A DNA stretch of 64,000 nt. It comes from Perkinsus chesapeaki ATCC PRA-425 (Eukaryota > Protista > Perkinsozoa). Shown here one piece after another: positions 50,101 to 63,700 of the stretch. How positions within the stretch are numbered: position 1 is the first letter of the stretch; every line of letters starts with the position of its first letter. The DNA lies in NCBI GenBank assembly GCA_013115145.1, contig JAAPAO010000095.1, positions 1 to 64,000 of the forward strand. The letters are read 5' to 3'. The translations under genes and the position numbers were made by a program. Below the pieces are notes generated by a model. It had not been told where the DNA came from. It worked only from the letters and a program-made list of their open reading frames with translations, and ran no database searches.

Positions 50101-52869
50101 ACGATACCTTTGTGAGTTCTTGAACAGAAGCTGGTATATTGCGATTTGTACAACAAAGATAGCGAGCATCGCAATAGAAAATACGTCTACGGGCTTCGTC
50201 AGCGCAACCCAGAGCGTCCAAAAGAGAGCAATGTACACTGCTATGCGAGAAATAACAGTCCAGTGCTCCCTCAGGAAAGCACCAATAGGTGTGCTAGCCC
50301 GATGCAGATCATGAGAAGGCGGTAGCCGATCCGGCAAGATGGCAACGAGAAAGACGCAAAGGTGGGCGATCGCAGGAACGAAGACGTTCGGGAATGGATC
50401 CAATGAGAAGTATGAGTAATCCCAGATAGCATACTCCATAGATACCGCACAGCAAACCACTGATGATACTATTAAACCGAGAGTGACAACACGCTTTATG
50501 AAACCCTCGGGTTGCACTATCAGAACAAGAGCGAAAAAGAGGTAGATGAGAATATAAACGTTGCTTTCGTTGGTGACACCGAGGACGGTCATCACAATTA
50601 TCAGAACGCATACCACAGCAAAGTCGGCATGGGTTAGCACACGGCGAACTGTCTTCCACAAGTACTGGGCAGTTCGGCCGCGCATCCATCTTGGCAGAAC
50701 AGACTCATCGCTTGAATTATCGACCTGCTTCGGAGACGTACCGAACTGCCATCGCCAAATAGCGGCAAGAACGCAAGTAAATAGGAGTTGGAGGCTGAGC
50801 GCCAAGAACCTCCATCCAACTTGAGCGTTATCTCCAAAGTTATAGAAATGGATACCGATGCTCTTTAGGAAGAACGTTTGGCTATCAGTGGTGACTTTCT
50901 GGGCAAAGGTCCACGGAATACTGCATACTATACTTAATAGAGCAAGGAACCCTGCATAGCATACAATACACCCATATACCGTTCTTGTACCGACTAAAGC
51001 TGGCAGCAACAAGAGGGCGCAGCCACCAATCAACAGTGGCGTTGCCAAGGTACTAGGGACGACAACTGCCCAGAGAAGCAGTATGAAAGGAGCTCCAACA
51101 CTAAGAGCGATCGTATCGAGGAATGCAGCCCATGCACGAGAAATCCAGGAACGCTTCTTCGCCTTCGGTGCGACATTTCCAGCCAAGCCAGCTTCGGCAG
51201 CGGACAATGCATCCCCATCCTGAATGGTCGAAGGAGACATCTTCCGCGCTCGGTAGGTGAGCCCTGAGGCTGAATGCTCAAGGGCCGCGGATGTCGCAGG
51301 AGTCGGAAATGAGCTGGAGGCCGGTTCTGCCTGAGATGCCTCGAACGACGCATGCCTCAGCGTTGGTAGGAGATACCACTGCTTGGTGAAAGGCTCGTAG
51401 GGTTGGATAAACCAAGGCAGAAGGAAGGCCTGCATGGCCAAGCCGGCTGCGGAGAAGAGCATAACGGTGAAGTTCATTTGGAAGCCAGCAGGGTTCTCTA
51501 ACTTATACTCCTTGACCATTGGTGAACCAACCATCTGCGGCATCCACAGGGTTCTGTTCATAGCATCGGCAACTCCACCAGGTAAACTTAAAGTATACCT
51601 GAGGAGCTCCTTTTCATAGCAGATCTGAGAATGCATTATTAGCGTACATTATAAAGCCCTGTATCCATGTGTATATAAGGATTAACTTCTTGAGCTTAAT
51701 TTTGGAGATGCTGCAGTGAGGGCTATAGCGGAACTGAAAAGGATACAGGATATCGTTAGGCGATCAGTGTGCGGCGGTGACTGGCCAGTGAAGTTTACTG
51801 TATTGGCTCACAGTTTGATAATGTACACGGGTACTGGATGACATTGTATGTGAATAGCTTACGTTGGGTATAGTCCAGGTGAGTAGTCCAAAGAATAAGT
51901 ATAGCACATATGGTAACGTAAGTAGACAAGGTGACAGCAGGATCTGCCACAATATAAGGAAGTACACGATCAGAACTTGTGCCCGAGACAATAAAACAGC
52001 TGCACTGAAAAGATATACCAATTGGAGACTTTCAGCAAGGCTTGACCAGCTACAAATCGTAGCGTGGAAAGTGGCCAATCTATTTCCCAGCAATTTTGCT
52101 GTATGCAGTTGCGAGCAGACGCCGTGAAACCGTCGTGTGTTCAAGCAATTTCCAAAGATATACTCACCAATGGCGGCACACTAGCAATGGGTAGTGATAG
52201 TTTTTGAAAGGCAACAGGATAAATGTCAAAGCAATCGGGAAGTAGGAGAGCGAGGACAAGACCACCGACAACATACCTGACACAGGAAATAACTACACAC
52301 GAGGTAAAGTGCTAACGAAAAAAGGCTGAGGATTAGACGCTATCATCCTACCATCCAACTTGAGATGATCCAAAGTAAACACTAGCATATGTTGTAGAGT
52401 AAAGGCCACCTTGTAATACGAGTAAAATCTGATTAAGTGATAGTGTGGTAAAGTAAACACTTGGCCTCTTACAATAGGAATACAGGCGACATATGAAATA
52501 ACAGGTAATGGGCCAATAGACAGACGTGGCCAAGCTCTATATGCTAACAGGCTTAATGATATTAGGAGGTATCTGACAGGGAATGAGATAAGGAGGCCTC
52601 GACTAGTACAAGTTGAGTAACCTACCCAATGCCAGGCACAGTGGAGCCTTCAACACACGAAACAGCGACAACCATCGCAAAGATCACCAATCCCAGGAGC
52701 GGTGGGATTGGGGACCGCAACGGCAGCATCTATCGTTATCAAACAGATCACAAAATCAATCCTATAAGGGCCAGATCCCAAAGCCGCTGCGTCTAAGGGA
52801 ATTATTGTGTACTGTAATTCTTAACCCTATCCCTGATAGAAGCACCTTGATACCAAATGCGGTGAGCAT
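44171..52869 (-). CDS. PIEZO: Piezo-family mechanosensitive ion channel
   Basis: FLQEVRTTVDWTVTPTSLDLSQYFLLED, LPIMIFS, GILGFYVTIIYAIGQFIR, IYSEIPNPQELLDL, LVKILRSPETLI; many TM helices. The three large ORFs join through probable introns 48642-48679 and 47783-47821; candidate ATG 52869. Confidence 0.92.
44321..44420 (-). repeat. 39-nt coding tandem repeat x2.5 (GNEEARQNTEAN[A/D]) in the Piezo C-terminal tail
   Basis: Unit gccagcgttggcctcagtattctgcctcgcctcctcatt, read directly. Confidence 0.9.
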
Positions 52870-53044
52870 TTTCGACAACGTCCAAGCAAGGTTAAACTTC
52901 AACCGTATGGTTTTAGCAGCCTTAATAGGCTTATTGAACAACAGTAATGTTTACTCACTTACACCAACACCTAATGTTGCCTTAGGAAGCAGTAAAAGTA
53001 ACACAGTATGACAGTATTTAGTGTACGTAGGGGTTAACGTTAAG

Positions 53045-56000
53045 TTAGATGCCTTCAAGAGCCTTCTCTATGCCCTTTGCAGCTCTCACTACGAGGTTCC
53101 TGTCATCAAACGACAAGGCCTCGGATGCCTCTCTGAGGAAGTTCTGGCCTGACATAATAGCAGCGATGATAAAAGCGATGGCTTGCACTACTAGCAGCCT
53201 TACATTGCTCACGCCAGACACGTAACAGCGACTGTGACTCTCGGTCCGCCAAGTCGGAATCCTCGACAGCCGACAGGTCACGCTCACCTATGGAGCCAGG
53301 AATAAAACAAAGAGGATAGATAAGCCCATCATGGCTGGCTGAAGCTGTCTTACCTGTCAGCGCTTCTATACCATCTGTCTTAGCAATAACGATCATCAAA
53401 TCAGTGTCGCACCAGACGTCCACTCTAGAGGAGAGTGGGAAAGGTACGCTGCAGAGGGCAAGCAAAAGGGAACATTCCAGTGCAGTTGGGACACCTGACA
53501 CAAAAAAAAGCGGTATCAATATCATCAAGGCTACAACAACCTTACCCCCTTGAACTCTCCTTCTGAGCTCCACCCTGGCAGACTCCCATTTCATCGTATC
53601 GGCATCAGGCACATCACAGCTTGGACTAGTCAACAGTTTCATAGCCACTGAGGAGGCCTCCAACGACTTGGTGAAATCCCCTACCCGATTGATTACCTGC
53701 CATGTAGGAGAAACAAGCATTACGAAGACAGTTCAGATCTCCACTGTAGGTATAGATATACTGTATATTTATAGCGCGAGAGGTAGTGTCTGATAAGCTT
53801 TATTTTACATCCATAAATGCTCTAAACTATATGCTCTACATTATGATCTACATTTCCAACGGGCCATGTACAGTCAATGTCCAAGGCTTACGGTAAGGCT
53901 TGGACATTGACTGTACCTGGCCGCGGTAAGGCCCTTACCGCGATGGCCATGTCGCCCCACTGCAATAGAGGTGCCACTTCCCGGTTGATTTTGCCAATCT
54001 GCGCCACAGTCTCAACAGATGCTTTATTGACAATGCTCAGAGGGGTGCTGGCGTCCCATGGCCCTTCCAGCCCCACAGTGTGCCACATCAGTCTAAGAGC
54101 CTCGACCAGTGTATCTGCGCATCCATCACATTCACACCTGAGTAACCTACGGCGCCCCACCTTCGTTAGCAAACTTCAGCCCCCTGGCCGCGGCCTTTGC
54201 ATTCGGCCTGTACCGACAGATAGTGGCGAAAACCTCAGCGGAGATTTCCTCTGTGGATGACAGAGACTTGACATTCAAAGTGTTGACGGCATTATCTAAC
54301 ACAGCAAGTCTAATCCAACAGGCAAGAGGCACCCACCATTGAGCGCAAGCATGAAAAGGACTCTTCCGATCCTATCGATACGACCATTATCCAGCAGCCA
54401 GTGGCCCAGCTCTGGTTCTCTAATAAGCACCTTCACCGAAGGGGCGTCTGTGAACGCGGTGAGGAGCAGCTCCAACAGGAAAACCTGAGCTGTATCATTC
54501 CAATATAAGGAGAACTTACGAGCCTTACCGTCGCATCTGTAAGAGGGTCTTTATTAGCAACTTTATCTTCAATTTTCTGAACCACAGAGTCGACGCAATC
54601 CACGAGAGACCGATAGAAGGACTCGTGACTGGCAAAGAGTAACGGCGTGGATAAGATCGAAGCTGTTGATGCACTCACCTGTCGGATGTCCATAGAGACT
54701 CTACAACCTTCAGTGCATGCAGGACCACTGTATCATCGCCGTTACGTAGACACATGTACCGTGAAAATAATGGCAGGTACCTGATGAAGAAGGGTGACAT
54801 TTCTGATGGAAAAACGAGAGAAGACTCAAATAGACGCAATAACATTCCCGGCCGTGTTTCCGAAATATAGCGAGCCACATCTGCCTTCTTCGTGTAGTAT
54901 AGGCACCCCCTCGGCCATATTCGCATCTTATTTTTCTTCCTCGGGCGTGGCACGTTCTCTAAGGCCCCACAGCCGCCTTAACGAGTAAATAACGGGCAAT
55001 TGCCATATACATCAAATCATCAAACACAGGTGAATATCGAACTCTTTCGAAACGTTGCCAGACGACCTTAAGGGTATGTTGCATTTATACATCAACATTT
55101 CTGCTTACGCTGTTCAACATTACTAAAACTAATAAATGAGGAAAATTGGTACTCTACTTCACAGTGTCAATCCGATCCACACTGAACTTCTCTGCACCGC
55201 ACCATCATCAATTAGAGATCCTCATGACTCAAAGGTACCCCCCGCCGAGAAAACAGAAATCCAAGCCATAAATCGAGCACTAGTTATTCACTTACGACCG
55301 TAGCTCTTCAGTGTCCATAGTGGCATCTTTAACACCCTTACACCACCGATCCAAGCCAGCACAACACCAGTCCAAATCCCTCCGCTTTGGGCTCTCCAAG
55401 CCTCCTAGGACTCTCATGGCCCCAATCTACCAAATACATCACTTCGATTCGAGCCCAGAGCTCCTACCTGGGATGCCCTATAATAATCGTCGACATAAGG
55501 CAGCAGATAATTGCATACATCAACCTAGCGAACGTTCGCTGGTCTGAAAAGTCTCCCGTCAACACAGCCTACTCTGTATCGCTCCGCTGCATCATTAACA
55601 ATATCCCCACAGATATCCTGGAGCTTGGGGGCTAGGGGCAGTAGCATGGAGAGGAGATGAGCCACGGATAGGGCTGATGGAGACTCCTCTACTTCCTCAA
55701 GGACTTGAGGGAACTGAGCGACAGACAGCCTTTCAAAAGCACGAAGGCCAACAATGACTTGCCATTTCCTGTTTTGCGATATTCTCCAGTGAGATAAGGA
55801 ACTCCGGTATGTCCGCTAGTTCCTTAGTGAACTGCGGGAATCGTATAAGTAGCTGCACTAAGGAGGCTGAAGCAGCATGCCTAACCTGTACAGGACGACA
55901 AGACGGATGAAATGACATCCATGCAATACAGACCAGCAGGAAACCTCACAAGAACGAGAGCTAGTGATACTGGCAGCCCCCTTCGACAAGTTCCAGCAAG

Positions 56001-58184
56001 GAAGTGGTACCAGAACATATACCGATTGTTCATCCCAAGGCTCCTTTAAAGATTCCGACGGAAGGTCTAGCTTTGCGCCCGGCCAAATGTTCCTTTATCA
56101 TCCGGTATAGGGAACCTATAATAGAGCACACTACTTACATTAATATTGTTATGCGATGCTGAGACAGCAAATCTAACATGGACTTGTCTATGCCCTATCC
56201 AGACACTACTAACATCTTCCTCCTTCTCTATTATATTACCCAATGTACCTACCACTACGCCTTACTCCTCACCCTCTCAACTACACCACCCTTACGTATA
56301 GCCAATTGCCTTTGACCACCGTTATTAGAGTCCGACAATACCAGCAATTCCTGTACAGTATAGCCTGGCCTGCCTGGCTCCTCCCCGTGATGGTACAGCA
56401 CCTACCCCACCGTCCCCCATACCACCTCATCAAGACTGCGGCCTACCGGATCGTATCTTCCTCCAGCGTCCCGCTTGAGCTCGTGGCCTTCAAAGTCAAA
56501 CCTTCGGCCTTCAAAAGTCTCATCCTCCGGTCGAGGCATATCCTCATCCTCATTAACCGGCTCCATCCACTTTTGCTTATCAATCTCCAACTCGTCCAAC
56601 TCCAGACGATTGCCATACCTACCACCTCCGTCCTCCCCCGATACCCCCAGGCTCCTCCCCTACCCTAAATCAACCTCGCCTTCATACATGTCCTCCCCTT
56701 CAGTGACCGTATCTCCTGCTTTGTTGCTGCTATCTGCCCCATCCGAGGGGCCTTCAGCCTCTAACTTCTTTCGGCCACGTTCGCGAAGGAACTCGATATT
56801 CGATGCGCTAAACATACGCTGGACCTGCGAAGTAGAATGGCTGAGATAGTATTAGTAAAGGCCTAGCCATATCGATACAGCATGCTCCATATGCCCTTGA
56901 GTTGATTAGACAGTTCCATATGCATTTTTGAGTTAGAACAACTCAAAAGTGTTCGCAATGAACCCTGCAATGAGATTAGCGTCCTATTAACTAATCCTCT
57001 AAAAATCACTTTATTAGTAAAACTCCGCAAATGCCCGTATATGGAAGAGGGTATATCCAAACTACCGCGCGCCACGAAATCCCTACGTCCTCCTCATGAT
57101 TACCTCAGCCATAGTCTCCTCTCTCTCTTCCTTACTCATGTTCAACACAGCCGTAGTGTTGTTGTTGTTGTTGTTGTTGTCTCCATTACCCTCCTTCACC
57201 TTCCCCGCAGCCTTTCTCTGGGCTAAAGGCACATTTGCCTCAGCCAGCTTCTTAGATCTCCATGCCCTCAGTTTAGGCTTAGGAAAGCCCTTGGCAGCTG
57301 ATGACGGATGAGCACGAGGTGGAGCAACCACTGTATTCAGCTAAACGGCAATGATGGCGATATTACTCCATCCCCATCTACCTCGGGATTCCTCTCCACT
57401 ACACGATCGTTCATCACACGAGCAAGCGGCACATCAACCGAGGCTAGCTCAGCCTCTTGCTGGGCCTTAACATTACGACTCTCATCTGAACAACAACGTG
57501 GCATACGAGCGGCGTTAAACAAACCAGCAGCCACACCAGAAAGTCTCATGGTGAATCATGATTGGCTTTCGCCCTCCCGATAGATAGCCCACTGAAATCC
57601 AGTGACTGGATAATACATAAGGAGTTCAACTGGCCTGCAGTCACTGTACTGAGGCTCGTTAGGTTCTTATACGAGACAAGGTTAATGATGATGAGTACTA
57701 GAGGATGTGATAGGATAAAGAATTGCTCAATGGACGCCTACTACACATCCTAAGCCCTACTTGGTGGAATACATCTATTACATCAACAACACTTCACCTA
57801 CACCACAATAGACACTGACGATAGTCATTTAGGCGCCCCACAGAAATAACAGGTTGCTCGGGAATAAAACAGTGGTCTTAATACAAAGATGCACTGCCAT
57901 TGGACTGCACATACGAAGTCATGCCGCAAGAAAGAAGGCCTTCCCTTCGGGCCCGTCTCATGTCTCGCTATAACTGCCCGATTGACAGGGCTCCTTTCCT
58001 CTCGCCAATGGCCATTCCCCCTTCTAATACCTTCCTTCATTATCCCATCCTCCTCGGCAAATGTAACCCTCTTATCCTCCTTGCCAACTCTAACCACACT
58101 AGCAGCTGGTTTATCACCATTAAGGAAGTCCGCCTGTTCTTTTAACAGGTCATCCTCTGACAGCCATGCCGGCTTACGTGGCAT
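53045..58184 (-). CDS. RPAP1: RNA polymerase II-associated protein 1 (RPAP1/Rba50), multi-exon
   Basis: SEDDLLKEQADFL...PAASVVRV, GFPKP, MSKEEREE, KWMEPV, RFDFEG, LYHHGEEPGRPGYTVQELLVLSDS...QRQLA, then helical-repeat exons. Inclusion of the 53045-55900 exons is inferred. Confidence 0.85.
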
Positions 58185-58252
58185 CTTCTATACCAATACT
58201 ACCACCATCACCAATACACACTAGTAAACTCAACAACGATTATTCGGTCAGT

Positions 58253-58342
58253 AGGGCAGTCCTCGACCCGCGAAAGAAATGGAAGAAAGAGGTACTAAGG
58301 GCAGTCCTCGACCCGCGGAAGAAATGGAAGAAATCGGTACTA
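58253..58342 (+). repeat. 45-bp direct tandem repeat x2 in the FPPS-RPAP1 intergenic gap
   Basis: agggcagtcctcgacccgcg(a/g)aagaaatggaagaaa(ga/tc)ggtacta occurs twice. Confidence 0.92.
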
Positions 58343-58364
58343 CTATCATGACTACTTAGTATTG

Positions 58365-60000
58365 CTACTTGCCGCGGTGGTAAATTTTCGCCATCAGACC
58401 GTTGACAACCTTCCTCAAATTCTCGTTGCAAATGCTCTTTGCAATGGCGTCGATCTTAGCCTTCTCCTCTTCCTCGAACCTATCATCACGACCGTGGTGT
58501 CACAATACTGTCCCCATCCCCCCTCGTACTTATCAAAGGCCTCCTTCACACCAGACTTAACGAAAATACCCTTAACTTCAGCCACTTCCGACTCTGGCAT
58601 AGGAACCGTCATCTCCTTCACCCAGTCACCTTACCGTCTACCTGTCTTATCCCTTTTCCTGTATAGCTCATTGAGCCTAGCTAATAATGCCCGACTCTCA
58701 CCACCTACCGGAGATACTTCCCCAATCTGCAGTCCCAATCAGCAGCAGCCCTATTACCATCATCTGCTGCCTCCAACAATTCTCGTGCTTTAAGATAAAC
58801 GTATGAGCACTTACTCTCGAGTATATCGGTGCCAACCTATAAGATTCACCATCATACTACTTTATATCCCCTACAACACACCCTCGCCTGCACATTAACA
58901 ACGACTACCCTCCCCTTTAGTACCTTTCCTATAACCTCAGGATCACCAAAAACATCCAAGACATCGTCTTGGGCTTGAAAGTAGTTACCAAGTGATATGC
59001 ATGCCTAACGAACACATCATCCTCCTTTCCTCCTCAACCATTCAGCCCCTTTTGCGGACCTCTTTAGTCTTGGCATAGTCGGTCTGGTCTTCGGGGAACT
59101 CCGCCATGGCCATTCCCAATGCCACAGGCAGCCAGAACGAATAATAGGCAGTCTTGAAGGCGGTAATAGCCCAGTACCTGATCCACGCAATCTCCGACCT
59201 CCGAGACCACAACGGAAGTCTCTACCTCTCAAACGTGTAGCGAGACAGATCCACATCCTGGTCAGTAGGACGCACCGAGTTGAGGTCAAAATGCTGCCCG
59301 ACGATGGTCCTCAGAGTGATATCGTGACACAGGCGCATGATCTGACAACAACATCAACATCAGTGTCACGGCGTCACATTGTGGCCCACTGAAAACTTGA
59401 TCCTCGAGTCGAAGGTGGTGTTGTCAATTAAAAGGGAGTAGACCGCGTTCTCTATAAATACTCCATCATTCAGAGCATTCGACATCGACACATTGGGCAA
59501 CCGATACCAGCATTCCCTAACATCAAAGTAGTAGTAGTAGTAGTAACAGGCTGCTCTTACTTCCCCCGACGCGTCTGTGATTGGTCCATAACATCATCAT
59601 ACATGAGGAAGCTGGCCTGTAGGAACTCTACTCCCCAGCCCATAATAATAGCGTCTTTTAAATATGTGCAGCAGGAGCAGCCTCCACAAAGGCTAAGGTA
59701 TCTATGGGAGGGGGGCAGTGGAGGAGGGCAATAACAACAACAACCGAGGCTTTAACTGTTGCTTATTACGTCATCACTACGGTGATGCCTCTTGTCATTT
59801 TACCACCAACACAGTTATAATCGAGGCATTTGCCGAAATAATCTTGAACCTGCTTCACTCTCTACACCATCTCGAGATCCAACTAGTGAAAGCCAACACC
59901 AGATGATTAGCGCAGGACGAATATTAATTAGGTCTTCCCTATTAACCAACTCCGCCCAGGTATGGCGCTTATCATGCCTGTGCCATAATACAAATAGGAG
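58365..60000 (-). CDS. FDPS: Farnesyl/geranylgeranyl diphosphate synthase, multi-exon; 5' end unresolved
   Basis: LDYNCVGGKMTRG, GWGVEFLQASFLMYDDVMD..TRRG (FARM), WYRLP, GQHFD, KTAYYSF, FQAQDDVLD (SARM), AKIYHRGK*. Confidence 0.92.
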
Positions 60001-60738
60001 ATAATGAACATTCAATAAATGTTAACAGAATACCGAATACTACTGTTTGTACTACTGTAATGTTAACAGAATACTTCTTCTTCTCTTTCCCTACGGGCAC
60101 CTACTACCTCCTCTTTAACATTGACTCCATAGTCTATCCTCCCCTTTGATAGATAACTACCTATACCGTCTACAACTAAGCCCTTGACCTAATAATACTA
60201 TTAATATCAACCTAGCCTGGATGAGGAGGAGGAGGGGCGGAGGCGGCGGTGTACCTTCGGGTAGGCATCTAGAAATTGCTGTGGTATACTGTCATAGGCC
60301 ATAACGTTAAGTAAAAACAGTGGCTGACAACAAGGTCATAGCCCACCAAGCGGGCATCATCATCATCATCCAACGGCCGCCTGGGCAATGAACGCTCTGT
60401 GACGCGCCTTGGTGACGCCATTGAACCGGTGTCACACTTCTAATTATCAACCAAATGCGGTGATGATGAAGTACGATGGGTGAACGACAGCTTGCTTCGC
60501 CATCTTTATTAGTTTCAAGGGAGGCAAGAACTTGGACAACTAGTTTACTTAGCCCTAGCAATAGAACTAGTTGCACTAACCCGGGAGCAACTACCGGACA
60601 TTGGACCATCCCCCCTTATACCCATTATAATTATAAACACCACAAAGGGGTTAGTCCTCATCATCATCGGTAGATGTGGCAATGGATAATAATAATAGTG
60701 GAGTAGTGTTACATTATGTGTATGGCACAGGGTGGCAC

Positions 60739-63700
60739 CTAACGTCTTCGAGACTTCCTATCACCGCCGTCCCTATCAGCACCTAAAACCCACAGCACCT
60801 ATTACCCTCCATACCCTACCTCCAGCCCATCCTACCTTCACGAGACCTCTTGCCTGACTTCTGTTGCTGATCCTCATCATCATCATCCAACAGACCCGAG
60901 AGGCCGAACTGATCCTGATCCCCGGCAGTCTCAAATTGCACCGGAGCTTGCCGTTGATACACCTGCAGCAGACTCCACCCCAACTCCCCCTGGCCTCCAA
61001 CCTACCGCCGCAGCACTATTGCTCTCCCCACCGGCCTTCTCCTCTGCCCTCTCAAACTCATCTCGAGCTTGCTCCAATCGCTTAGAATCATACTGGTAGA
61101 TCCTATTAGCCGATGAACGATCTGAAATCCAAACCATTCCGCTCCTCCCTCACCCGCAATCCGGACCTCCCGCCCCTACCAGCAAAGAGCCTAGTATCAT
61201 ATACATTGTTAGCACCATCATCATAGAATCCAGAGTCCAAGCCACCACTTTGATTGAACAGACGTGCATCATACTGTCCCTCGCCCTTCGATGTGGGCTG
61301 GACCTAAACCAACACCCCTACCCACCAAAGATACCACACCTGCCCCCACCTGTTTGCCTAGTGCAATGAGCTCTGAGATATCTCTCTCCTCATCACGATC
61401 ACGTCCCTGCTTATTCCGTCCAGCCTTCTCCATACGATGCTCTCTGAGAGTCTCCCTCATAACCTCAGCACGAGCCTCTTGTTTACGGTAATCTGTCATA
61501 CCGTAACTTCCGCCAAGACCCATAAAATGCTGGTCCACCTACCTTCCACCTCATCCCGGTTCTTATTGCCTCCAAAGGCATTAGTACGAGACTTGCGTGC
61601 CTTCGCTGCCAATTCGCGTAGCTTCTGCTCTTCATTCTCCTAAAAACCAACAACCAATCTAGACCACTAAGTCCGATGCTGTGCTCACCTGCTCCCGAGC
61701 AGCCTTCTGCTTAGCCAACTCATTCCTTATCCTGATCTCCTGTCTGGCCTTGGTCTCTGCTATATACAGATCTTCAGCGAACTGGGCGTGTCTCTCAGAC
61801 ACTGTGACATCCTAAAATACAACACCGTCACCCTCTGTCACTCGCCATTTAAATTCCCTACAGGCAATCTCCGATACCCGGTAATGTTACCACAGTTGCG
61901 GGAAGTCTACCTTAACTATATTCGACAATACGTATGCGTTTGCGTACATACGTTGGCAAGGCGAACGAACAACTAGGAGAATTCCCCGACTCCACGCAGA
62001 TTTAGCAACATAGCTACCCGCAATAATAACATATACCTTTGCGAAGAGTTTCAGGCAATTTGACAAAGCTTCGGTAGACTCACGCCTGCCTCCACACTGG
62101 CATACAGTTCAAGATGAACTTGACGAGCTCCCCCTCCTCCCCCTCTCTCCTCCTCCTTTACACCAGCAGCAGCTCCCCCTCCTCCCCCTCTCTCCTCCTC
62201 CTTTACACCAGCAGCAGTAGCTCCCCCTCCTCCCCTTCTATCCTCCTCCTTTACACCAGCAGTAGCTCCCCCTCCTCCCCCTCTCTCCTCCTCCGTTACA
62301 CCAGCAGCAGTAGCTCCCCCTCTCTCCCTACTACCTGTAACCCTCGTCCATCTGCTGCTATACGTTTATCCAAAGGTATGACATATCCCTTGGCATTCTT
62401 CCAGTTGCTCACACAAGGTGGTATCTTCCACATCTGACCACAGAAAGCTACCAGATACGTCTGTCATCCAACGCTGGTATCCTTACGGCTTGATCTTCCT
62501 TAGTCAACTTCTTAGGTGGAGACCTTAGGACCGGCGGTGGGGGCTCGGTAGGGGCTAAGTAAGGGATAGTACTACTTTTACTACCGAAGGTACCAGCAGC
62601 ACTAACGATCATAATAGGACCGATAATAGTCGACAACACTTCACGGTAACAACGATCAAGGTAATGAATGCTGAACCGCAATGAACTCTCAAACATATAG
62701 CAAAGCGGGTAGAATCTAAGGGATTGGCGTAGGTCAAGAAATCTAAGTTTAGAGTCCTAAAAGTATGAAGCGATTGGGAGCCTAGAGCTCCTCTTCCTGT
62801 AGGAAAAGTATATTCCTCTATAGGAGACTACTTACTGTATAGTACTGTAAAGCCACACGTGTTAAAATTAAACATTATACTATATGTTACCACTTCTATC
62901 ACTACTACAACCCTATTCTGATGAGACACATAAGCACTCCGCAGAAGCCACATAAGACCCTGTTATTACGAGCCGGCACTTTATGATGGCGAAACTTTGG
63001 CGGTTCCATAGGATCCTTCTGCACCTCAACCACCTTAATGACTCTTTGCTTAATATTGGGGTTGCGGCCAGGAGCATCCTTGCTTGGAGTGTACCTGAGT
63101 ATCAACATAACAGCAATCATAGGTATCTGTCCAATACGCAGAGTCCAGGGCTACTGCATGATCGAAGGGGTTAAATAACAGACAAATCACTCAGGTCGAA
63201 CATTTTCATAATATTCTGATCCTATTCAGTGTACCAATCTGAGACCGATTGTTAAGCAACGACAAGCATATGATATATATGGAATATAAGATATGATGTT
63301 GATAAGGTAGAAGGGTATTCACAGCAATACTCATTACCGTAGATATTGGGCATTGGCTAGCTTCCTTTGGGCATCGTTTTCTCCAGAGAGATGCTGTCTG
63401 GTGGTATCAGCTTGCCCGATACGTTGTGCCAGAACAGCTGATAAAAAGGAATGGTAAGCCTATCAACCTTTTTGGAATCTTACCTTCAAGAGCACTGCGA
63501 GTCTCATCAGTGTTCTTCTGTAACTCTAGAGCGTCGGGCCTATCCAGACTAGTCTCAGGTGTCCACCTCTCCTTTAGGTCACCTGATGAATATCTTAGGT
63601 CGAACCGTAAAAGATCCCCCACAGGTTACCTGGCTTATGCTGGTGCCGAGCTAATGCCTGTTTGATAGAGTTGTCAGATGCCCTAACTATTGACATAATA
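60739..63700 (-). CDS. SNW1: SNW1/SKIP (Prp45) splicing factor, multi-exon; 5' end not resolved
   Basis: AQYLR|[88 protein letters not shown]...DQFGL; TAG 60739-60741. Confidence 0.93.
62126..62330 (+). repeat. 45-48-bp minisatellite, about 4.5 copies, in an SNW1 intron
   Basis: Unit agctccccctcctccccctctctcctcctcctttacaccagcagc(agt), read directly. Confidence 0.92.

Noticed and set aside
60200-60620. Separate small gene or FPPS N-terminal extension
   Set aside because: No consistent exon chain or recognisable motif; left unresolved.
58253-62330. 45-bp and 45-48-bp repeats as CRISPR arrays
   Set aside because: They are head-to-tail with no unique spacers, there are no cas genes, and the context is eukaryotic.
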